21,163 nt of DNA from Tubiluchus corallicola (taxonomy: Eukaryota; Animalia; Priapulida), in the NCBI GenBank assembly GCA_030141605.1, contig JAQGDQ010001916.1, positions 1-21,163 of the forward strand, read 5' to 3'. Below, one piece after another: positions 1-11,539 of the stretch. The stretch's first letter is position 1. Each line of letters starts with the position of its first letter. Under the pieces are notes generated by a model. That model saw only the letters and a list, made by a program, of their open reading frames with translations. It did no database searches and was not told the origin of the DNA. The translations under genes and the position numbers were made by a program.

Positions 1-677
1 GATGGTATAACCGATCATCACATGTATAAAAGCTCATTTTTTGTGTATTAGAAACCCACAAAAAAATTTAATGTAATCAAATAAAATGCAATAGTTTAGC
101 AAAGACTATACTACTGTGTGACTAACTTTGAAGTGACTAAAGGACTCGACTTTCAATGTCATTGATATTAATTATTTTTTTTGAAATTATTATTATTGTC
201 CTTCATATTTAACGTCATAATGTATTGACATTACAATTCTGTTGCAAGCATTAATCAAATAATTCAAATCCTTTAATGCAAAAACATCCTGCTAGTATTT
301 CTTACTCTGGGAAAAATACTAATATAACTGTGCGAGATAAAATAATCAAAATATAGTCACATTGCCTGTTTCACAGTATTTAAAGTAAATAACGTAGTAT
401 TATGGTTATTAAGTAACTAAATTTCACATGTTAGACTGAAGGATATAACTCACTTCACAGTGTTAAAATTCGTAAGGTTCAATGAAATATAAATTGTGTT
501 CTTGAAAAGATTTAGAATTAATTGAAATTATTTTTCTTGCACTTTATTTTTGATTAATTTTAAATATTTCTAAAATTATTGTTAATATTATAGTGATGCT
601 GTTCAATGCATTGATATTTATATGTTATTTGTTTCATATCTAAGATATGCTCATATACAAAATATATGTAAATAAAC

Positions 678-702
678 ATATATATATATATATATATATA
701 TA
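678..702. repeat. (AT)n microsatellite
   Basis: Pure AT dinucleotide run. Confidence 0.95.
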
Positions 703-1004
703 CATTATGCAATATACAATATAGAGTCTTGTGCTTATTTACTGGCTAAGGCACCAAGTAATGTAAAAGTCGTTGCTTGGTTGTATTTAGTAATTAGTAA
801 TTAGTATTTTACTACTTTATTAAATGTATTTAGTAGTTATAAGTAACTATCAAAGCAAACAGTTGTCAAAAGCCCAAAATTGTGATTATTGATTCTTCTA
901 TTCATGAATTATGGCAGTAACTGTCCTCGTGGAGTACCTCATATTTAAGCTTACATAAATTAAAACTGCAGCTAATAACTTGCTACCTCTACTATTTATT
1001 TTAG

Positions 1005-1181
1005 GGCGATTCGGGAGGCCCAATGGTCACAGAAGATACCAAAGAGCTCATTGGCATCACATCGTGGCTTGGTCGTGACTGTCAGATTGATGCTGAACCA
1101 AGTGTATACACCCGAGTGACATCATTCAAACAATGGATTGTTAATAAAATTTGTTATCGTTATGATAACAGTGACCTCTAA
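1005..1181 (+). CDS. Terminal coding exon of a trypsin/chymotrypsin-family (S1A) serine protease
   Basis: Acceptor ...ctatttattttag at 1004, then GDSGGPMVTEDTKELIGITSWLGRDCQIDAEPSVYTRVTSFKQWIVNKICYRYDNSDL*. Contains the catalytic Ser motif GDSGGP, GITSW and PxVYTRV...WI. Phase-0 intron just before GDSGG. Upstream exons not identified in the window. Confidence 0.95.
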   Translation, partial: GDSGGPMVTEDTKELIGITSWLGRDCQIDAEPSVYTRVTSFKQWIVNKICYRYDNSDL

Positions 1182-1507
1182 AATTTCACTGCACCATATT
1201 ATACCTATTACTAATATAATACTAGAGATCTTACAAAGCCCTGTGACTGTCAAAATTCCAATAGAAATATCTAAGCAGTATCAGCATAGTTGTGCAAACC
1301 AACACTAGGCGACGTCTTTATCAGTGGTGTGTAACTGTTAAGCTTTTGTTAAGTAATCATTACTATCTAACGTGGCTTTATGATGAAATTTTGTGGCCGT
1401 TATATTATGTCAGTATGAAAAGATATTTTACCTTACATTAGTTTATATAATCATAATTACCGTAGTAGACATTACCTGAAAGTACAATGGATCACCGAGC
1501 ATGCACG

Positions 1508-1537
1508 TTCTTCTTCTTCTTCTTCTTCTTCTTCTTC
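1508..1537. repeat. (TTC)10 microsatellite
   Basis: Ten perfect TTC units. Confidence 0.95.
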
Positions 1538-4500
1538 AAAGTTTCATTCCGTCTGTTGAAGACATTGTGCATTAGACATAGACGTAACACCTTATATTGT
1601 TTGGCATAACAATAAGAAATTTGCTAGTATTATTAAAACTCCTTTATTTCGACAGAAACAGATGTTATGCCACAGTTAGGTTTTTGTGAAAATTTGAAAA
1701 CTTGGGTTTTCTATAATAATTATGTGGTAGGTATATATTTCTTGTACACATACATACATGTTGCAGTATTGGGTTATGCTTTTTATTATTTAATTATTGT
1801 AAATGTATTTCATGTAAAATAAACAGTTTGCAAAAATATCAAGTTTCTAGTAAAATACGTGATTAGCAAAAAATAACATATCTACAGAACTTTAACTTTG
1901 TAATATTGACTTCATTCACAAGACTCATTTTATTTATATTGCAATGATATAATAATCCATGCATAACTTTTAGTTAGAACAGAATCTTTAAATGAGTTCG
2001 ATAATGTCTAGTTTGATAACTCAGAAAAGAAATAGTTAATGACATTGAATATGGTATCACGTCAATTGTCAGGTGATAATAGATTGGGAGGTAATGATTC
2101 AAAGAGCTGGTACTTCTGATTGCTTACCACAATGAAAATAATGTTTCTCTACTGGTGACTGACATGTTACAGTAAGGAGTAAATAACATAAAGACGATCT
2201 TAGATTATGTAAATTGTCACAATCACAGTCATAGTATAGAAACAGCTATTTTTCTTTGAGGTTCGTTTTATGGTAATTGTCATCATTGTCATCAATATCG
2301 TCATTGCTGTTTGCTAAATTTACCATACTGCTGACGTTGCTTTGGACATAAATGTAACATTAAACTATGGCGTGATTTAAATAAATATCGTTAGAATTTT
2401 ATTTGCTGCTTTCGACTTTCATGTATAAATAAAAACGTCTATAGACAAGCATCAATAAGTCTAGACATTTTGTACTATACTAGAAACTCTTTCTTGAAAT
2501 GCAGCAAATTTAACTTTCATTGTTTAAGCATTACTGTCGTCATTATAATATTCGCTATTGTTAGCTTAATTTGCAGCAATTTCCGGGAGGAAAAAATGAC
2601 AACCAGAACAGCAACAACACAGTATTAGGAGCATAAACTCAGATGTAAAGATTGACAGCAATAATTGAAAAACATATTTTAACAGCATTTCGATTTTTGA
2701 AAATACATAGCAAGAGGATAACGAAGGTAAAAAATCAATATTTGTGTACCACTGCTTATTTTAACAGACATCATTTGCATTAAAGGCTATCAAATTTTAG
2801 TGACTTGCACAACAATACAGGTAAGTGCACAACACACAAACATGTAGTGCATTGGCAGGCTCTATGATCAAACTTAAGACTATGAGGTTGCAGTCTGAAA
2901 TCTAGACAACTCGTCGACCCAAACCAGCGAAAACAATTGTGTAACTGCTTTCATGCGAACATCTTGCTAAAACGCTTTTTAATTGATCTGTTGAGCGGCT
3001 GAGTTTTCCCTTGTTTTGCTTTCAAACTTTCACTGTCTCAAGAACACAGAATAAGTAGCCTGTATGTTATTTCAGAGTCAATTTAAAACAAAAACATTCC
3101 TGTAAATCAAAATATAATTTTCTAACCTCCTTTAAATTCATTTAAATGCATCAAATATAAATTATAATCTGTTTTACTTGTACGAAATCTGTAAATACAA
3201 GTGCTGCAGCAGTTGCTGGAGATTTCAAGCAGGTTATCTGTCCACCCTTCCTCCCGGATGTCACTCATCTGTTTTACGGGTTAATGGGAGGGCTTGTGAA
3301 CTCTCTATTTTGAATGAACTTTGTGAAATTTTTCTACGCTTTGTAAGCGTGACACAGGTGCCTACCTAAACAGCAATAATAAAGTTCATTCAACATTGAG
3401 GGTTTCCAGTAACATTTTCGTAACGGTTAATAGATTAGTCAAGCATTTTGTTCTTGTGCCACTTATTAAAGCAGCCTTAACTCCTTCAAGACGGTAAACT
3501 TTTACTGCATTCTACATGGGTCCATAACAAATTGCTCGCACTAAGCACGATTACGTTATATTTGAAAGTTGTGTTGCTTTTTACTCCCCACATGATGGAT
3601 ATTCATACTCATACAAAATTTTATATTTTCCTCATTCAAAAATTGACTTATAACTAAAATTAAAAAAAGATTTCAGTAACTGCAGTGTTTGTGCTGTAAC
3701 ATTGAAACTTGTTAAATTGGCTAATGCACAAAGATTTACCTATTCAGACACAATACTTTGATACAATTGGTCATCAAAACTCTGCTATTAAAAATGAAAT
3801 GAAGTTAATTTCTTCTTGACAGATCACTTGGTTTTTTCTGGAATATCAGCAGAACACTGCACAGCTTGGGCTGTAGCTTGCAATCGATCAATAAATTAGC
3901 TTTGCACGCTGCTGTAAACTACACAAAGCTACACAACAGGCCTGTATAAGTGCCTGAATAGGGCTTGTTTTTCTTAATTTTACTCAATTAAATCACTTAT
4001 AAATGTTTAAACAAATAGAATTATTGGATAGCTGAGGTTCTTCTAAATAGTTCAGTGCAGGCAAATATAATCATAGAGATCGTTGTTGTGCCATTAATTG
4101 GAGCTCTCTCAGAGGCAGAGTGAGATGATACAGAGGCGTCAAAATTTGCTCCTCTAAATCCGTTACCTGAGTAAAGAATATGAAAAACTATCAACACAAA
4201 ATATCATTTGGGGTTATGCCAAAATACCATACAATATACAAATTTGCAGACTTCTTACCTATATTTCATCTAGATTCTAATGAATAAATAAATTAAATTC
4301 TTGACGTTGTATTTTGTTCATATGCTTGTCGGCAATGATTAATTGTCGACTTATGGATGATTTTGCTATGCAAGCACACTCATGGTCTAAAATATGTAAA
4401 ATAAGATACTTTTATAGTTTAAATTAGCACTTTCTATGCAAACAAAAACTAATTATTTATCAAGCAGATGTGAAAACTCTTAAAATAGAGCATAATTTCA

Positions 4501-4783
4501 TTTTCTGAATACTACAAGACATGAAAGAGCAAAAAAATTAAATAGTGAACAAATAAATAAATAAATAGTAAAAAATGAATAATTATATAATTAGTCACCC
4601 AGCTAGCATTATTTGAAATACTTTGCTAGAGAAAGCTGTGAAACGGCGCTTACATTCAAGATGGTATCATGATGTAGCAAAGTATCAAAAAGTTTTCACA
4701 TCTTGAATTTTTGAAGGCTAAACTTTAAGGGAACTTGGGTGGGTTTCAACTGAGATATTGGAAAAAAATAAGTGGCATTTTAC

Positions 4784-4850
4784 CTATATCACAGCTATAT
4801 CCTTCATAACCATCATTGCAAATCACAAGCTGTAGATGTTTTTGTTCATC
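4784..4850 (-). pseudogene. Degenerate 3' half of an EGF-like exon
   Basis: Minus strand reads ...CNDGYEGYSCDI followed by G|gtaaaa, the same donor context as neighbouring EGF exons. Frameshifted upstream; the 5' half is absent where the 33-bp minisatellite begins. Confidence 0.65.
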
Positions 4851-4855
4851 AAATG

Positions 4856-5284
4856 AGACTACTTTGCACTTTACTTTATGCTACAAGAGGACTACTTTGC
4901 ACTTTACTTTATGCTACAAGAGGACTACTTTGCACTTTACTCTATGCTATAAGAGGACTACTTTGCACTTTACTCTATGCTATAAGAGGACTACTTTGCA
5001 CTTTACTTTATGCTACAAGAGGACTACTTTGCACTTTACTCTATGCTACAAGAGGACTACTTTGCACTTTACTCTATGCTATAAGAGGACTACTTTGCAC
5101 TTTACTTTATGCTACAAGAGGACTACATTGCACTTTACTCTATGCTACAAGAGGACTACTTTGCACTTTACTTTATGCTACAAGAGGACTACTTTGCACT
5201 TTACTCTATGCTATAAGAGAACTACTTTGCACTTTACTCTATGCTACAAGAGGACTACTTTGCACTTTACTCTATGCTATAAGA
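4856..5284. repeat. 33-bp minisatellite, 13 copies (GGACTACTTTGCACTTTACTYTATGCTAYAAGA)
   Basis: 13 near-identical 33-bp units; explains the repetitive ORFs 4772..5320 and 4816..5295. Confidence 0.97.
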
Positions 5285-5379
5285 CGTCTACTTAGTTTAA
5301 CATTTATCCTAAATAAGTAATAATTAGTAATATTAATTATTAATTATAGGTAAGATGCATAATTTGTTAACAATTTTAC

Positions 5380-5490
5380 CTTGACTACAATTATATCCTT
5401 TATAACCAGCTTGGCAAGTACAAGTGTATTTATTCTGTAAGTTATGGCATGTACCATTAACACAAGGGTTTGACTGACATTCATCAATAT
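5380..5490 (-). CDS. Calcium-binding EGF-like domain exon (Notch/fibropellin type), 111 nt, phase 1-1
   Basis: ttttag|(D)[36 protein letters not shown]|gtaaaa; six cysteines and DIDEC consensus; intact. Confidence 0.9.
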
Positions 5491-5615
5491 CTAAAAACAC
5501 ACAAAAATATCATTTAACATTACTGAAACATCACTGTTTTTGTTCATCAGGCGAACCGTGAATTACCAAGAAAGCTAATGCTGCGGCGTCTGAGAACTTA
5601 ATAATAATGCTTTAC

Positions 5616-5726
5616 CTTCATCACATTTAGTTCCTTGATAGCCGGGATCACAGGTACAATTGTATCTGTTCTGTAGATTATTGCATTAACCATAACGACA
5701 AGGGTTTGATGAACATTCATCAATAT
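5616..5726 (-). pseudogene. Calcium-binding EGF-like exon with in-frame stop, 111 nt, phase 1-1
   Basis: ttcttag|(D)IDECSSNPCRYG*CNNLQNRYNCTCDPGYQGTKCDE|gtaaag; TAA at 5688-5686. Confidence 0.88.
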
Positions 5727-5976
5727 CTAAGAATATAAACACAAAACTCATTGAGGCAATGCAGCACAGAACAGACTGTATTATGTAAAATCCAAATTAG
5801 GATGTTTAACACGTATATTTTATTTAAGCTCTATTAGGAATTTAAACAATCTAGAAAATATTCGTACTCGTTATGATACCTAAGCAAATTTGTGGATAAG
5901 ATACTAGTGAAAGCCAAATTAGAATTTCTAAACTTAGCACTCCAAGACTAATCTTAATAAAAACTGCAAAACCTGC

Positions 5977-6294
5977 CAACATGAGGCATCGCATGGTTTA
6001 TCTGAATACTAAAATGCACAGAGAAGAACAGCAAATTAGAAATCCGGTTATTTTGAATGAAGTTTTTGCATACAGTTGGACATAATCAGTCTGTTTACTC
6101 GCTTGTCTTAAGGATATTTGTTTTCAAAACGGATTTTGTACAGACTGAAAACTGTTGTGCACTCATGTCCATATTCAAAAAGTATCCTTAAATTTGGCCT
6201 ATCAGAATGTGTAGTCTTAAAAGGGAAAGCAGTTGAACTTAAATTGCAACATTGAAAAAAATTAAGTGGTATATTAGCATTAATTATATTATTA

Positions 6295-6336
<42 letters not shown>

Positions 6337-6545
6337 GATATATATATATATAATATATTATTATATGATAGCAAATTTGTCCATATGGTTGCCTAAAACA
6401 TGTGACATAAAATAAGTGACAACATGAGGCATCGCATGGATTATCTGAACACTAAAAATCAGTTTGTTTACTGCCTCGTTTAAAGGACATTTTGTTTTCA
6501 AACTGGAGAAACTTGTGCACTCATGTCCATATTCAAAAAGGATGC
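5977..6545. repeat. Diverged direct duplication (5977-~6190 vs 6420-~6545)
   Basis: Shared blocks CAACATGAGGCATCGCATGG, AATCAGTYTGTTTACT and TTGTGCACTCATGTCCATATTCAAAAAG in the same order; the second copy has internal deletions. Confidence 0.85.
6295..6352. repeat. (TA)n microsatellite, interrupted
   Basis: TA run with two interruptions. Confidence 0.95.
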
Positions 6546-7090
6546 ACCCTGTTTTCACACGATATTACCGATAATATTCAATATAAGTCTTTTTCTTTTG
6601 TTCCTTCTTTATTTTCTTTATGCTTGTGTGGTACCGGAACACGTGAGGGAAGTACAATTTGCTCCACAGCCCAAGCAACGTGGTGTTCAGCCATGTGCAT
6701 GACTGAGATAAGAAGCTAGGTAGAAAGCATAAAGTGATAAAGTTTTTGCTTAATAATTGTGCCAGTACACGGCTTTTAAGCAGGTGACAACTGACAACAC
6801 GTACTGTATTGAGCAACAGTACTCTTTCTACCTAACTTTATCAGCTATTTCTTGTTTAGGATTTTATCAAGTTTATCTAATTCGGATACTTATTTGTTTA
6901 AAATTACAATTACAACATTAAAATTACCTTACGTTTGTTTTGTATTAAACAGAATTCAAATAAAATGGCTAAAAAAATTTAACTTTGCAGCACTGCCACT
7001 AATTTTAGCTACGAGCTGCCACTGCTTTGCAAGATTTTAAAAGAGAACAGAGCCAAACTTTAATTACGATACCGGAAAAAATTATTTTAC

Positions 7091-7200
7091 CTTCATGACA
7101 GTTATATCCTACATAGCCGCCATTGCAGTCACAAGTGTATCTACTGACTAGATTGCGAAAAGTGCCACTATAACAAGGTTATGTCAAAAAATTCAACATA
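7091..7200 (-). pseudogene. Degenerate EGF-like exon
   Basis: Minus strand ...PCYSGTFRNLVSRYTCDCNGGYVGYNCHE|gtaaaa; third Cys replaced by Phe; DIDEC and acceptor decayed. Confidence 0.8.
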
Positions 7201-8002
7201 ATTAGTAGTATTTTTGTAAAAAAATGGCAGCTTTTACAAATCATGAAAATTTGCATAAATTTAGAGATAATTAACTGCTATTTTATCATATATGGCTAGT
7301 CTTAGTCACGTATAACTAGTAGCAAAAATAAAAGCAGACAAAAAGTTGAAGACGCCATTAATTATGTTGCAAAAACAAGGAAAGATGAAATATTTGCCAT
7401 TTTACAAAATTTGTATTAGGGATATTTGTCTATCAAAACCATGGATGATCGTGTTTCCATACATAAATACTTTGTGATATGATATGTATTATGATAATAA
7501 ACTAGCAGCTTATGACACCTACAGGTAACCTGAAGCAGCTCAGTCCATGGGAACAATCCAAAAATACAAAATAGATAGTCAGACGAATCCTAAAATGAAA
7601 TAAAATGAAAAATGAATTATATAATGGAGGACTGATTGATTCTTATATGAACACTGTAAAAGTCATTTTTGAAGTTGTTGTTCAGTCACTTTGATATGTT
7701 AGAGTTTAGACACAGAGAAGTATGGATAGGAAACAAACATCTACGATAAATATTTGCACTGCACACAACAGAAATATGAATAGAAAGCTGATGCCTGAAC
7801 TTTGAGCAAAACTAGAAAGCAAAAACAGTCAGTAAAACCTGATTCACAGCTAGTATACAGGTATAGAACTTGACCTATGCAGACTTGCACAGGCTTCACA
7901 ACAAACACTAATGTTAGATAGTAAGAGGACCAGTGTGTATGTTGTCACTGGACCATACAATTATACTGAAGGTAAGTCAGCTAGTAGAATGCAACAAGAT
8001 TA

Positions 8003-8017
8003 ACACTAGATGGCAGC
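8003..8017 (+). promoter_or_regulatory. CTCF-consensus-like motif ACACTAGATGGCAGC
   Basis: Close match to CCASYAGRKGGCRS; motif only, no functional evidence. Confidence 0.35.
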
Positions 8018-8454
8018 GCCTACTAATGTTAGTTTTATTATGAACGAAGTAAAGATTAGCTACCATTTACTCTCGATTCTTGACATACGGATCATGTATA
8101 ATCTGTATGGACTTTCGTTTTTAACGAAATATAATTATTCTTACAGTTTAACAACAAGAAGTTATCTTGTGATTATGCTATAAACTTGACCTTCTCAACA
8201 TTTAGGAGGAAATCCCCCCCCCCCGCTTATAACTTCTGGAATATTCCCACCGTGCCAGGCATGGCAAAAGGAGTGAATAGACGAACAATGATGATGACAT
8301 CCTGTAAAAAAACAAAAGGGAAATGGTCAAAAAACTTAATCATTAATTAACATCAATTATAATTTATACTCACAAACTTGTGTCGTTCATCATAACGTTT
8401 ACGTCTTTGCCGGGAACACTCCTGTAGATCAAGGAAAACCTCATCATTCTCGTC

Positions 8455-8892
8455 AACTTAATGGCATTAATTAACTTTGTTCACTAGGAGAAAAAGGGGT
8501 TTGCAAAGGGGAAAATTTGCTATCTTTATGAGTAGGTTAGCTGGCATCGTAATAGGAAGGCAAAGTGGTATGTGAAAGATCTGGGTGAGAAGAAATTTAT
8601 TGGTGAAGTAAATCCAAATTATAATCGTAGCTCTAGAATAAGAATATAGTATAACAGTGCCCTTGAATTAGAGTAGCGATTCTATCTTTCAATTGGTGCA
8701 AAAAAGAAGAACATATTCTTTTCTTTTTTATAGTCCTGATTGCATAGGTGAGTAAATTTCTAATAAACAGAAACTTTCAAATACCCACTTTCCCTTCATA
8801 TTACGACACCAGTTTATCTACTCATAACAAGTTTTCCCCTTTGCAAGCCCCTTTTTCTCCTAGTGAACAAAGTCGATTAAAGCCATCAACTG
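8455..8892. repeat. Imperfect inverted repeat (arms ~8455-8600 and ~8752-8892, ~150-bp spacer)
   Basis: ACTTTGTTCACTAGGAGAAAAAGGGGTTTGCAAAGGGGAAAA on the left arm is the near-exact reverse complement of TTTTCCCCTTTGCAAGCCCCTTTTTCTCCTAGTGAACAAAGT on the right; similarity continues inward with mismatches. Confidence 0.9.
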
Positions 8893-9169
8893 CTGACAAG
8901 GTCTTCGCATTTCTAACTGTCTCACTTCCACCTTTGAAGACCCGATCATATGTAAATTATTAGATTCGAAGACGGGATCAGAGTTAGGGTTGCACATTAA
9001 ATCTGTGTGAGTTGCCAGTGAAACAGTCCAGCACCATAAGGTGTACTTTTTCGGCACCTTTCAATTTTTCTGGGAAGAGTCTTTGCCTTTGTCGGCCGAG
9101 CAATCTCCAAGTATGCTCATATTTCAGGCGATTGACGTTCTATAAGGAAAAAAGAAAAAAAAAATTCGT

Positions 9170-9350
9170 GTAATGTCAACCACTTGGCAATCCTTGACTT
9201 CTTGACAGTTGAAGAAGGCTAGTAGGGTCAACCACAGGAAAGTCAACTCATCTCCGACCGCCTCAACACCATGCTCTTTGAATTTGTTGTCTTGGTTGAT
9301 CCAATGAGACAGCTCATTCAGTTCTTGCCGAAATTTCCGTTTCATTTCTG
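9170..9350 (-). other. Exon-like coding fragment of unknown origin
   Basis: Acceptor ccttttgacag, then open frame MKRKFRQELNELSHWINQDNKFKEHGVEAVGDELTFLWLTLLAFFNCQEVKDCQVVDITR; no family recognised. Confidence 0.3.
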
Positions 9351-9489
9351 TCAAAAGGTAACATTTAGTTAGTTTATTATAATTAACGTGTAATTTATTA
9401 TCTAATTCAGGGAAACCTGATTATCTGATTATAAGGGTTCAGAAAGCAGACACTAGTTTAATGATGCAGTAGGATTGCACATCATAGAA

Positions 9490-9685
9490 CCGGCACCTTT
9501 CGAATCACAGTTCGTGATTCATCTGGGCAGAGGGAATTATATTTCGGTAGGCGGCATTTTGCGCACCAAAATTTCAATTAGTAAAAAACACGTGATCGCA
9601 CATGCAACTTTACCATCGATACACGAAGTAAGGCTTAATGAATATGAACAATTATTTGTGAAAAAAGACCGTATCAATTTTATCA
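9490..9685 (+). pseudogene. PC4/Sub1-like ssDNA-binding domain fragment, copy 1
   Basis: FVIHLGRGNYISVG..TKISISKKH..PSIHEVRLNEYEQLFVKKDRIN follows the PC4 pattern (IGKMRYVSV..VLIDIREYW..GISLNPEQWSQL). Diverged duplicate of 10223-10423. Confidence 0.5.
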
Positions 9686-9761
9686 ATGAATTTATTTTGT
9701 AATTTCAATGAATATATATATATAAGAACATTTTCTGATCAATGCTTCACATTTACTTGCA

Positions 9762-10143
9762 GATTTATCTCGCGAGTGGCAGCTCCATTACGTGGAGTCG
9801 TGACGACGATGTGTTGACATTGCTCGGGGGCATTCTCATGGGCACTGAATTTGGTCTCACTCTTCCGGAATGGATGAGCTTAATGGATTTGGAAAAAAGT
9901 ATAATGGCCTCTTTGTTTGGCGGCTTGGATGCATACACAATAGATGAAAGATTTTTGGGGCCATATCATTGGCAATTATTGAATAGGTTCACGGTTCACG
10001 GGAATTGCGACTGCTTTTGTACTAACGCTCGAATATTATTGCAGAAATGAGAAAAAATTTTCCAAACAACATTGGAAGTGTTCAATTCGAACATAGATCA
10101 CAAAATTCGATTTGCTATTAGAAAAACGGAGGAGGATTTTTGA
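9762..10143 (+). pseudogene. Exon-like coding fragment, possibly a further PC4-like viral/TE protein
   Basis: Acceptor ttacttgcag and an open frame containing FGLTLPEWMSLMDLEKSI (cf. PC4 GISLxxEQWxxL); stop at 10048-10050 followed by coding-like sequence. Confidence 0.3.
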
Positions 10144-10222
10144 CCACGACACGGGTTGACATGGACAAACAAAATAGTGTCTATTGACGTCGTTAGTCAT
10201 GCTAACAGCGTCGGTGGCAGAC

Positions 10223-10423
10223 CCGGCACCTTAGAATCGCCGTTCGTGATTCATCTGGGCAGAGCGAATTATGTTTCAGTAGGCGGCATATTGCGCACCA
10301 AAATTTCAATTAGTAAAAAACACGTGATCGTACACGCAACTTTACCATCGATACCCGAAGAAAGGCTCACACCGTATGAATATGAACAATTATTTTTAAA
10401 AAAAGACCGTATCAATTTTATCA
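10223..10423 (+). pseudogene. PC4/Sub1-like domain fragment, copy 2, in frame with the recombinase N-terminal region
   Basis: FVIHLGRANYVSVGGILRTKISISKKHVIVHATLPSIPEERLTPYEYEQLFLKKDRINFI; near-duplicate of 9490-9685. Confidence 0.5.
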
Positions 10424-11269
10424 TTGCTAAACAAGAAGAACATAAAATGTGGATATCAGCTACATCAGCTGTTGCATCGTCAAGAATACTACTTGCATCC
10501 AGTGTGAAGACACGCTCTCGGATAAATGATGACTCCATGAAAGAGTTAAAAGAACAAGTAACGGACAAAATGGTGGCTGACGATGTACGGGATGTAGCCA
10601 TTCAGGATGAACTGATTGTATTATGGGGCAACATTTTATTAAATAAACTTGGCCCAAGACGACGCCATTCCATAGCTCAGAGGTGAAAGAACTTGGAAGG
10701 AAACGGGGTCTCCAAAAAAGTTAGAGGACTACATCCACCCGGGATGCTTTGACGAAATAGTCAATGCCGTTTTGTGGTTAAGCGGCTCTCATGTGTATGA
10801 AAACCACGTGACGGGAATGAACACTCCCTCTTTGGCAGTTTCATATGGCAACACCTCGAAACGTTGTGCAAATGTGCTAATCGGGCAGGCCATCCGAATC
10901 GGGGATAATAGCTTACTGAACAATGCGCGTGAATTTCTGGAACTTGTTAAAAATGGATGGAATGAGAAAGTGTCTGCTGTGGCTTTAGCTACGTTAAAGG
11001 CGAACAAATTTAGAAATCCTGAAATTTTACCAAAGACAGAAGATTGTGCAAAACTACGCGAATACTTAGACCAGCAAATCAGCCTTTTATCAGTGTCACT
11101 GACAAATAAGCCCCTCACTTCCACGTATGTTTCTTTGGCTGAACATTGTTTGGCTCGTGTCGTACTCTTTAACAAACGGAGGTCCAGCGAAGTCGCTCAT
11201 TTACTACTGGAAACCTTCTGTAACAGAAAAGACAATTGCAATAACCTCATTCCGGAAATCACTACAGGA

Positions 11270-11345
11270 AACCTAGCCACTGGGGGCGGCAAGCTAGCCC
11301 AACTCAGTGCCGGTCCCAAGCCCGGATAAATAGGGAGGGTTAGGG
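11270..11345 (+). ncRNA. Twister ribozyme (P1 type), 3' cleavage product only
   Basis: AA-CCTA(P2)-GC-CACTG..CAGTG(P3)-CCGG-TCCCAAGC-CCGG(P4)-ATAAA-TAGG(P2')-GAGGG. The core GCCGGTCCCAAGCCCGGATAAA matches the rice twister core as I recall it, and both pseudoknots (CCC/GGG, GC/GC) are formable. Confidence 0.9.
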
Positions 11346-11539
11346 TCAGGAAGGGCATCCGCCTGTAAAAACTGAGCCAAAACCTTTTTATGAATGAGTC
11401 AAAATCAGAGAAGTGGATCTAATGCTAGGACGCCACCTGTAAGTAGCCCACAGATACATCGCCCTAACTCTGTGGACAAGCAAGGGAGAAGACTCATTCA
11501 CAACGGCAACCCCGCATAGGGAAAAGCTGAGAAGAAGAT
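11270..11539 (+). mobile_element. 270-bp non-autonomous retroposon (RTE-type) with 16-bp target-site duplication
   Basis: GGAAATCACTACAGGA at 11254-11269 and 11540-11555. Removing the insert plus one copy restores the frame IPEITTG-LSDCEKQ. Internal GTCAGGAAGGGCATCCG..TAAAA and a 3' GAGAAGAAGA tail resemble RTE-clade ends. Confidence 0.92.

Noticed and set aside
1508-1580. (GAA)n tail of a minus-strand RTE element
   Set aside because: No TSD or element body recognised; kept as a microsatellite.
2540-2870. Possible degraded multi-pass membrane (class C GPCR-like) coding sequence on the minus strand (LLCKSLK, FVILLLCIF)
   Set aside because: Needs several stops and frameshifts, and T-rich DNA yields hydrophobic translations by chance.
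4772-5320. Repetitive ORFs (GLLCTLLYATR)n and (TTLHFTLCYKR)n
   Set aside because: By-products of a 33-bp stop-free minisatellite open in two frames; they overlap an antisense EGF exon remnant.
6108-7040. Short ORFs on both strands
   Set aside because: Driven by the TA microsatellite and low complexity; no recognisable motifs.
11270-11430. HDV-like ribozyme (CCTAGC/GCTAGG pairing with CTAAT)
   Set aside because: No P1/P3/L3 arrangement fits; the twister fold explains the sequence far better.
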